Of a DNA stretch of 63,484 bases, positions 56,289-63,484 are shown one piece after another; the stretch's first letter is position 1, and each line of letters opens with the position of its first letter. The stretch covers positions 1-63,484 of the forward strand of contig JAGDBK010000003.1 in NCBI GenBank assembly GCA_017959065.1, given 5' to 3'. Below the pieces are notes generated by a model. That model did no database searches. It was not told where the DNA came from and saw nothing but the letters and a program-made list of their open reading frames with translations. The stretch comes from Clostridia bacterium (lineage in GTDB: Bacteria; Bacillota; Clostridia; Oscillospirales; CAG-272). A program made the translations under genes and the position numbers.

Positions 56289-57777
56289 CCTTTTTTGACG
56301 AGAAAAAAGACTCGGTCCTGCTTCTTCTTTCGGCAAAGCGCTCTTCTATTGAACTGTCCAGATACTCATACGGGTATTTCGGATTGAATATCCTTATGAT
56401 CTTTTCACCTGATATGCCGGCGCCAGGCACAAGCTTTGTCACGGCCCCTGCTCCGATCCCGAATATGGAATGCACCTCTTCCATCATGAAAATGTTGTAC
56501 AGGCATTCCGATCCTTCGACAGCGAAGCCAACGTTCTCGTAATTACCGAGACTGTTCTTGTTTCTGTATAGATAATACGGCTTGTATTTCGCGTTTTTGG
56601 CCTTTACCTGTGAGTAATCTATACTCTTGCCTGTATCGCCGCCTGAGGCTGAGAAGTAGTCTGTCTCGCTCTTCAGTAGATCGGAGGCCTTTTTAACGCA
56701 GAAGGTGTGAACAGTGATATTGTCCGGATGCATTTCGATGATCTTGTCGACAGATCTTGAGAATCTTATGAAGTTGTCTCCGGGCAGACCGGCTATAAGA
56801 TCGGTGTTGATGTTTCTTATCCCGGATGCAAGAGCAAGATCATAGGCTTTAAAGAAACAGTCTACTGTATGATGGCGTCCGATGAACTGAAGGACCTCGT
56901 CATTGAGCGTCTGGGGATTTACGCTTATCCTGCTGACGCCGTGTGATTTTGCGATCTGCAGCTTTTCGGCGGTGATCGTGTCCGGCCTGCCGGCTTCAAG
57001 GGTGAATTCCATCAGTTCGTTTACGTCAACATTCCTGCTGACAGCAGACAGAAGTTTTTCGAGAAGGGGTGCGTCGAGAATTGTCGGAGTCCCTCCTCCG
57101 ATATATACTGTAGAGATTTTAAGCCCCAGAGATTTTATCTCGGAAAAAACATCATCCGCCTCTTTGATCACGGCATCTACATAATCCGGTACAAGGGACA
57201 GAAGTCTCTTGGTCGTGTACGAAACGAAAGAACAGTAAGCACATCTTGACGGGCAGAAAGGAACGGAGATATAGACGCTGCAGGTGTTTTCAGGCAGCTT
57301 TTTGACTATCTTGGCCTCATTGGAAGCGACATCTGTAACGAGAGAGGCCTTCTTGGGGTTAAGGAAATACTCAGATCTCAGAAGTTTCTTCGTCTTTTGT
57401 ATTCCTAGACCTTCCCGGAGATATTCCGAAGCGACCTTTGCGGGACGGACCCCAGTCAGGATGCCCCAAGGAGGAGTGACCCCCATAAGCTTTTCACCCG
57501 CGTCAAACACGGATCTCCCGACGGAGATCTTCAGGATCCTGTCCTTTGTGAAGCCCTCCTGGTATTCAATGAAATTCTCCGAAGTTACGGTTTCATTCCC
57601 AACTCCCAGGGAGAATCTTGTAAACACTCCCTCACCCGTCTCGGTCACTTCAAGATCGGCGCAGGGAACGTTTTCGGAAACTTCCTCAGCTTCCGAGAAC
57701 TTGGCCCCCGGGAAAAAGAGCATGCAGAGGCTCTGAACGTAATACTTGTTGATATTGCCTTTTATTGTAAGCTTCAT
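56281..57777 (-). CDS. hemZ: Coproporphyrinogen dehydrogenase-like radical SAM protein (HemZ/HemN family)
   Basis: VPFCPSRCAYCSF cluster and a long N-terminal extension as in HemZ. Confidence 0.7.
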   Translation of the reverse strand: MKLTIKGNINKYYVQSLCMLFFPGAKFSEAEEVSENVPCADLEVTETGEGVFTRFSLGVGNETVTSENFIEYQEGFTKDRILKISVGRSVFDAGEKLMGVTPPWGILTGVRPAKVASEYLREGLGIQKTKKLLRSEYFLNPKKASLVTDVASNEAKIVKKLPENTCSVYISVPFCPSRCAYCSFVSYTTKRLLSLVPDYVDAVIKEADDVFSEIKSLGLKISTVYIGGGTPTILDAPLLEKLLSAVSRNVDVNELMEFTLEAGRPDTITAEKLQIAKSHGVSRISVNPQTLNDEVLQFIGRHHTVDCFFKAYDLALASGIRNINTDLIAGLPGDNFIRFSRSVDKIIEMHPDNITVHTFCVKKASDLLKSETDYFSASGGDTGKSIDYSQVKAKNAKYKPYYLYRNKNSLGNYENVGFAVEGSECLYNIFMMEEVHSIFGIGAGAVTKLVPGAGISGEKIIRIFNPKYPYEYLDSSIEERFAERRSRTESFFSSKKGD

Positions 57778-57787
57778 AGTCTTTTCT

Positions 57788-58240
57788 CTACCTTCTCAAT
57801 ACTTCGCTGTCCATTACTATTGTCACGGGGCCGTCGTTTAAAATATCAACCTTCATGTCTGCGCCGAAAACACCGCATTTGACTTCGGGAACTTCCCGGC
57901 TGATGAATGAAATGAATCTCTCGTACAGGGGCACAGCTTTCTCGGGGGGTGCCGAGAGAAGAAAATTCGGTCTGTTTCCGTGATGATAGTCCGCAAGAAG
58001 GGTGAAATTGGAAACGACCAGAACACCGCCCCCGACATCGTTTACGGACAGGTTCATCTTTTCGTTTTCGTCCTCGAATATCCTGAGTTTGGAGATCTTT
58101 AACGCCAGATTCTCTGCGTCTTTTTCATCGTCCTCGAGACCGACTCCGAGGAGTACCAGAAGTCCCTTCCCGATGCTTCCCGCCGGCACGCCGTCAGCAG
58201 TGACGGACGCGTGACTGACTCTTTGTATTACTGCTCTCAT
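57788..58240 (-). CDS. dtd: D-aminoacyl-tRNA deacylase
   Basis: MRAVIQRV...SNFTL... Confidence 0.9.
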   Translation of the reverse strand: MRAVIQRVSHASVTADGVPAGSIGKGLLVLLGVGLEDDEKDAENLALKISKLRIFEDENEKMNLSVNDVGGGVLVVSNFTLLADYHHGNRPNFLLSAPPEKAVPLYERFISFISREVPEVKCGVFGADMKVDILNDGPVTIVMDSEVLRR

Positions 58241-58271
58241 GGCATGACCTTTCTGTGATGAAATGAATGCT

Positions 58272-60566
58272 TCAGCTGACTCTTCCCCTTGAGATATCGA
58301 TAATTCCCTTGATGTTCTTTAGCCTTGCTGCAATGTTCCTGCAGTGTTCGATGTTCTTGCAGGAGATCGTGATGCTGAGTATGACTAGATCCGGAGACCT
58401 TTTTATAGTATTGATCTGAAGAAGCGGCACCTTAATCTCCGCAAGAGCGGTGGAAATATCCGCAATAAGAAGATCCCTGTTCTCGGATTGAATCTGAAGA
58501 ACAGCTTCGTAGGAAAATCCCTGTCCTGAAGTATGGAGCTCGGAGTCTTCCCAGTGAGCTTCCAGCCATCTGTCGGCAGAGTCCGGATTTTTCCTTGAGT
58601 TTATGACATTCGGACAGTCTGCTTTATGAATGGATATACCGTATCCCTTGGTAATGAAACCGACGATCTCATCGCCCGGAAGAGGATTGCAGCATTTCGA
58701 AAGTCTGACCAGACATCCGCTCTCGCCGTCAACGATGATATTCGCACCGGATCCGCCGGGCTTTCGCTCATGAAGAACGACATTGTCTTCAGTGATCTCA
58801 GGAACGGGATCCGCGGGTTTAACCACCTTATCGAATTCTTCTCTGATCTTGGCGGAGATCTTTGAGACGGAGATCCCTCCGTAGCCAATGGCGTTGTAAA
58901 GGTCATCCGGACTGCTTATGCTGAGTCTGGATGCTATCCCTGCAGATATATCCGAAAGCTGGGATTCGGTATAAGGTCTGCCGAACCGTTTGAGTTCGCG
59001 TTCGAGCTCAGTCTTGCCGACGATTATGTTTTCCGGTCTCTTCTCTTTCTTGAACCATTGCCTTATCTTGTTTCTGGCTTCACTGGTCTTGACGATACTG
59101 AGCCAGTCGCGGCTTGGCCCTTTTGCTGAAGAAGATGTGATTATCTGAACGATCTCGCCGTTCTGCAGCTTTCTGTCTATCGGAGCGATCATGCCGTTGA
59201 CCTTGGCACCGGTCATTCTGTGGCCGATCTCGGTATGTATGGAATAAGCGAAATCGATTATAGTGGCACCCTGAGGAAGAGAGATCACGTCACCTTTGGG
59301 TGTGAATACGAAGATCTCATCCTGGAAAATGTCGATCTTCAGAGCCTGGATAAATTCTTCCGGATCTCTTGTATCGTCTTCAGTCTCGATCAGTTTGGCT
59401 ATCCATGAAAGTTTTTCGTCGATCTCGATCTTGCTCTTCTCGCCGGTCTTGTATTTCCAGTGAGCCGCAACTCCGTATTCGGCAATGTGATGCATCTCCT
59501 TCGTCCGGATCTGAACTTCAAACGGAATTCCGTCGCGCCCGATGACAGTGGTGTGGAGAGAACGGTACATATTGGGTTTCGGTGTGGAGATGTAGTCTTT
59601 GAACCGGCCAGGCATCGAATTGTATATCTCGTGAATAACTCCCAGAGCACTGTAGCATTCCAGTTCCGTATCGACTATGACGCGGAGCGCGTAAAAGTCA
59701 TAGATCTCATCGAAGCTCTTGTTCTGGTTGTACATTTTTCTGTAAATGCTGTATACGGATTTGACACGTCCTTCAAGAGTGAAATTGATTCCGTTCTCCT
59801 TAAGCTTTTCAGAAATGTACTCCTTTGCGTTTTCTATGAATCCCTGATTGGATCCGTACTTTCTTTCTATGTCGCTACGTACTTCCTCATACCCTATGGG
59901 ATCCAGATAGGAAAGCGCCAGGTTCTCAAGCTCCTGTTTTATCCTCTGCATGCCGAGACGGTGGGCCAGCGGCGCATAAACATGCATCGTCTCAAGAGCC
60001 GTTATCCTCTGCTTGCCCTCCGGTTTGGCATTGAGGGTTCGCATATTGTGAAGCCTGTCGCAGAGCTTTATGAAAATAACGCGGATATCCTTTGCCATGG
60101 CGAGGAGCATCTTTCGGAGGTTCTCCATGTGCTCCTCTTCCTTGTCTTCCACTTCGAGCTTGACTATCTTGGTAAGTCCGTCGACCAGCATGGCTACCTC
60201 ATCGCCGAACTTGCTCCTGATATCGAATATGTTGGTCTTGTCGTTGCAGTCCTCGACGGTGTCATGAAGGAATGCTGCGCAGAGGCTTTCGGTGTCAAGT
60301 CCCAGATTTGCACATATTTCAGCGACTGCAACGGGATGAGTGATATAAGGATCGCCGCTGATCCTGTACTGATCGCGGTGAAGTTCCTTTGCGTACAGAA
60401 ATGCGCTTTTGATTTTCGGAATGTCGTATTTTCTGTCCTGACTTTCCAGAATGTTCAGAAGATTTCTGATCAAAGAGTATTCGTCTTCGTTCCCTTCTTT
60501 TTCTGTGCCGGAATTAACGGGTTCCGTCACGGCAGAAACGGCGGGATTGTACGTGTCATTTTCCAT
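58272..60566 (-). CDS. relA: Bifunctional (p)ppGpp synthetase/hydrolase (RelA/SpoT homologue)
   Basis: HD domain (HDTVED), synthetase domain (YRSLHT), TGS and ACT regions. Confidence 0.9.
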   Translation of the reverse strand: MENDTYNPAVSAVTEPVNSGTEKEGNEDEYSLIRNLLNILESQDRKYDIPKIKSAFLYAKELHRDQYRISGDPYITHPVAVAEICANLGLDTESLCAAFLHDTVEDCNDKTNIFDIRSKFGDEVAMLVDGLTKIVKLEVEDKEEEHMENLRKMLLAMAKDIRVIFIKLCDRLHNMRTLNAKPEGKQRITALETMHVYAPLAHRLGMQRIKQELENLALSYLDPIGYEEVRSDIERKYGSNQGFIENAKEYISEKLKENGINFTLEGRVKSVYSIYRKMYNQNKSFDEIYDFYALRVIVDTELECYSALGVIHEIYNSMPGRFKDYISTPKPNMYRSLHTTVIGRDGIPFEVQIRTKEMHHIAEYGVAAHWKYKTGEKSKIEIDEKLSWIAKLIETEDDTRDPEEFIQALKIDIFQDEIFVFTPKGDVISLPQGATIIDFAYSIHTEIGHRMTGAKVNGMIAPIDRKLQNGEIVQIITSSSAKGPSRDWLSIVKTSEARNKIRQWFKKEKRPENIIVGKTELERELKRFGRPYTESQLSDISAGIASRLSISSPDDLYNAIGYGGISVSKISAKIREEFDKVVKPADPVPEITEDNVVLHERKPGGSGANIIVDGESGCLVRLSKCCNPLPGDEIVGFITKGYGISIHKADCPNVINSRKNPDSADRWLEAHWEDSELHTSGQGFSYEAVLQIQSENRDLLIADISTALAEIKVPLLQINTIKRSPDLVILSITISCKNIEHCRNIAARLKNIKGIIDISRGRVS

Positions 60567-62697
60567 TATTAATGGAGGTTCCTTTCAGGAGTTTGAGAAT
60601 TGCGGAACTGTTGAGGTCTTTCTTTTCGCTGCTTTCCCTCACCTTGTACCTTACTGTCTCTTCGTCAGTGATACCGTATTCGATAAGCCCGAGTTCGCTC
60701 AGCACTTCAAGAATGATTCTTGACTTGACGATGGACTGCGAGCATCTCCTCGCGATGTTCCTTATTCCTGAACAATACTGTTCCGATGCATTGTCATTCC
60801 TAAGGAGTGTAAAGAGAGTAGCGAAATCCTCACGTCCGGGCAGATCGGGCCCCGCACTGCCGGTTCCGTTCATTATATCTGCGAATCTCAGTCTGTACCT
60901 GTCGAATTCGTTCATATCATCAGCCGAAAACTGAAGTTCCTTTACAATGATCTGAACGTTTTTTTCATTCCGGAATTCGTTAATGTCGGCGCTGAAGAGT
61001 AAGTCGATGTGATCGCCTTTTCTGAGATCCGTCTCGTGCTGAGTGGAGCCGAAGCACAGAGCGGTGAACATTCGTGCACCCTTTTCGATAAGGAGCTTTG
61101 TGTGTTTTCCGGAGGAGAGCGGGATGATGTCGGCGACTTCGGCGTCTCTGAAGACGAAGAGCGGAACGGGATTTCCGTTTCCGAACGGCTCAAGAAGGTA
61201 CAGTTCCTCGCACAGTTCAACGGTGAGATCGGATGCAAGGAGTTCGACATCAGCGACCTCCGGATGAGAATGAAGTCTGTCCTTTAGTCCGGAAGCGTAT
61301 TCATTCACCGAGGATGAAAAAGCTTCAAGATCATCTCTGCTTATAGTAAGTCCGGCGGCCTGAGAGTGTCCTCCGTACTTTATAAGATGATCTTTTGCGT
61401 ATTCCAGGGCTTTTACAAGATTAAGATCCCCGGCGCTTCTTCCGCTACCCTTGCCTGTATCGCCGTCATCGCCGTCGAAAGTGATGAGTATGACAGGCTT
61501 TCTGAACTTTTCAGACAGTCTGGAGGCAACTATCCCGATTATACCCTGATGCCATTCGTCGTCCCAGAGAACGATAACTCTGTTATCGCTCATTTCAGGG
61601 CATGAAGTCATCTTGTTCAGAGCGCTTTCCATGATCCTGTTCTCTTCGTTCTGCCTCTTCTGGTTCACTTCGCAGAGCTGATCAGCAAGCTCGTAGGCTT
61701 TAACAGGATCCGATTCCAGCAATAGTTTAAGGGACAGAGTAGCGTCTCCGAGCCTTCCTGCGGCATTTAGCCTGGGCGAAAGAATGAAACTGACATTGCT
61801 GGACGTGATCTTCCTGTTTCTGGTGCCGCCCGCACCGATACCCGAAGCTTCGGCAAGAGCCGTTATTCCGACTCTTGACCTTCTGTTCATCAGGTTTATC
61901 CCGAGGCTCGTGAGAAGCCTGTTTTCGCCGGTCAAAGGCATGACATCCGCGATCGTACCGAGCGCAACAAGATCGGCGTACTCGTAGCACACTCTGCGGA
62001 TGCAGCTTATGGAAGAATCAAAAGGATTCAAAGCGCATTCAACGGCGCATGCAAATTTAAATGCTACCCCTACCCCGGCGAGATCCCTGAACGGGCAGGT
62101 ACAGTCATCTCTTTTGGGGTTTATGACCGCGCAGACATCAGGAAGGACATCCATGCATTCATGGTGATCAGTAACGATGACATCGCATCCCAGTTCTCGG
62201 GCAAGGACTGTCTCGTCAAATGCGGTCACGCCCGTATCTACTGTTATTATCAGGGTGCATCCGTCGGAACAGAGTTTTCTGACGGCATCCGAAGACATGC
62301 CGTATCCGTCGGAGAATCTGCTGGGTAAATAGAAGACAGTATCAGCTGATTTTGATCTTAAAAAAAGCGTCAGCAGTACGACAGAAGTAATACCGTCTAC
62401 GTCATAATCTCCGTAAACGGCGATCTTTTCCCCGCTGTTTATTGCTGAAACAGTCCTTCTGACCGCTTTATCCATGTCGTTCAAATCGAGCGGATCGCAC
62501 AGGGTCTCGGCCCGCTTTTCTATAAAATCAGCAGCGGCTTCAGGGGTATCGATCCCTCTGTTCATAAGGATCTGGGAAAAGACATCCGACCTGCCGATCT
62601 TTTTTGAGAAAGTATCAGCAGCGGTACGTTCTTCAGTAAATCCGCTTCGTTTAACGACCCATTCTCTCCTGCTCCCGGGAGCGTTAATCTTCCCCAT
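60556..62697 (-). CDS. recJ: Single-stranded-DNA-specific exonuclease RecJ
   Basis: DHH motifs (DYDVDGITS, DHH). I prefer the ATG at 62697, 8 nt after GGAG. Confidence 0.85.
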   Translation of the reverse strand: MGKINAPGSRREWVVKRSGFTEERTAADTFSKKIGRSDVFSQILMNRGIDTPEAAADFIEKRAETLCDPLDLNDMDKAVRRTVSAINSGEKIAVYGDYDVDGITSVVLLTLFLRSKSADTVFYLPSRFSDGYGMSSDAVRKLCSDGCTLIITVDTGVTAFDETVLARELGCDVIVTDHHECMDVLPDVCAVINPKRDDCTCPFRDLAGVGVAFKFACAVECALNPFDSSISCIRRVCYEYADLVALGTIADVMPLTGENRLLTSLGINLMNRRSRVGITALAEASGIGAGGTRNRKITSSNVSFILSPRLNAAGRLGDATLSLKLLLESDPVKAYELADQLCEVNQKRQNEENRIMESALNKMTSCPEMSDNRVIVLWDDEWHQGIIGIVASRLSEKFRKPVILITFDGDDGDTGKGSGRSAGDLNLVKALEYAKDHLIKYGGHSQAAGLTISRDDLEAFSSSVNEYASGLKDRLHSHPEVADVELLASDLTVELCEELYLLEPFGNGNPVPLFVFRDAEVADIIPLSSGKHTKLLIEKGARMFTALCFGSTQHETDLRKGDHIDLLFSADINEFRNEKNVQIIVKELQFSADDMNEFDRYRLRFADIMNGTGSAGPDLPGREDFATLFTLLRNDNASEQYCSGIRNIARRCSQSIVKSRIILEVLSELGLIEYGITDEETVRYKVRESSEKKDLNSSAILKLLKGTSINNGK

Positions 62698-63178
62698 TTT
62701 CCGCTCCTGCCCGGATGTCCGCATCCGTAGTTAATTTGCTTTCCCCGCTCTCATCGTAAAATGATGTGATACGAAGCATGGTGCTGCTCTTCTTGCTTTT
62801 TTCAACGGTAAAATGAATAACAGCGAAAACGAGAATGATGACGGAGGCGGATATAAGTGCGAGAACAGCGTCATTGCTGATAAAAAGAGAAAAGAGAAAA
62901 TAAGAGCCTATTCCTAAAACAAGGGGAATGATAAAAACAAGGAAAGAGACTGAGAGCACGGTTCTGGAGGGAGTCTCAACGACTACTACGTCCCCGGCGG
63001 AAGCACCGATGTCATTGACCGCATCTGCAGTTATCTTTCTTTTCAGATCCAGGATCGTGCAAGCAGCGCATCCGGATCCGTCATTTGATCTGTGACAGCC
63101 CTCGCATGCGGTTGCTCTGATAACCTCAACTTTAGCTTTATCGCCGTCTGTCGATATCACGGTTGCTTTCTGTATCAT
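62684..63178 (-). CDS. RseC/MucC-family (SoxR-reducing system) membrane protein
   Basis: N-terminal CEGC...C..C motif followed by two TM segments. Confidence 0.65.
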   Translation of the reverse strand: MIQKATVISTDGDKAKVEVIRATACEGCHRSNDGSGCAACTILDLKRKITADAVNDIGASAGDVVVVETPSRTVLSVSFLVFIIPLVLGIGSYFLFSLFISNDAVLALISASVIILVFAVIHFTVEKSKKSSTMLRITSFYDESGESKLTTDADIRAGAENGED

Positions 63179-63204
63179 AAATAACAGACCTCTGAAATGA
63201 TGAC

Positions 63205-63484
63205 CTATTTTAATGAATGCATGTATTCTGAAAGTGCGATCGCGGCTCTGATGCCGTCGACCGCAGCACTGGTTATTCCGCCTGCGTACCCCGCTCCTTC
63301 GCCTGCCGGAAACAGATTGTCGAATCCGATGGCTGCGAAGTTTTCTCCGCGAAGGATCCTTAGCGGAGATGAAGTCCTTGTTTCAGGCGCGGTCAGAAGA
63401 GCGTGTTCCGAATCAAAACCGGATATCTTTTTTCCGAACGCGTTAATGCCTTCCTTTAATGATTCCGCGACAGGATTCGGAAAA
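63205..63484 (-). CDS. FAD-dependent oxidoreductase (COG2509-like), C-terminal fragment; N-terminus beyond the right edge
   Basis: My translation is ...LFPAGEGAGYAGGITSAAVDGIRAAIALSEYMHSLK*, with the stop TAG at 63207-63205. Not in the ORF track because it is edge-open. Confidence 0.6.
   Translation of the reverse strand, partial: FPNPVAESLKEGINAFGKKISGFDSEHALLTAPETRTSSPLRILRGENFAAIGFDNLFPAGEGAGYAGGITSAAVDGIRAAIALSEYMHSLK

Noticed and set aside
59460-60572. 370-aa plus-strand ORF
   Set aside because: It is antisense to relA. It is a shadow ORF with no start context or recognisable motifs.

Overview
This ~63.5 kb window looks like core chromosome from a Firmicutes/Clostridia-type organism. 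That assignment is an inference from gene content, sigma-A promoters, AGGAGG-type ribosome-binding sites (SDs) and the presence of a T-box. I call 56 protein-coding genes, and all but four are on the minus strand, including an almost unbroken run from 18.1 kb to the right edge. Most are housekeeping genes: pcrA, hpf, asd, nrdD-trxB, nrdG, rpsU, yhbY-yqeK-rsfS-leuS, rdgB, ftsY, smc, rnc, plsX, trmFO, topA, mutS2, recO, era, ybeY, phoH, divIC, hup, mazG, mtaD, punA, hemZ, dtd, relA and recJ. There is one tRNA-Thr(UGU). I found no CRISPR array, transposase, integrase, prophage or recognisable defence or toxin module, so I cannot point to an obvious new multi-gene system. The least ordinary items are listed here in order of interest. 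(1) A complete T-box riboswitch, from promoter to terminator, controls a single-gene unit that encodes a fusion of a xylose-isomerase-like TIM barrel and an acyl-adenylate/CoA ligase. That is an atypical T-box target. (2) A class III ribonucleotide reductase (RNR), NrdD, carries a C-terminal CPNC glutaredoxin-like domain and is translationally coupled to trxB, behind an NrdR-box promoter. Its activase nrdG sits in a separate unit with two uncharacterised genes. (3) A Cys-x-Glu-type glycyl radical enzyme (GRE) has no adjacent activase. (4) A blaI / sensor-less M56 'BlaR1' / small lipoprotein operon has two GACA-N3-TGTC operators. (5) recO has a conserved N-terminus encoded upstream of any ATG/GTG/TTG codon. 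All functional calls come from reading the translations and motifs by eye; no database search was run.
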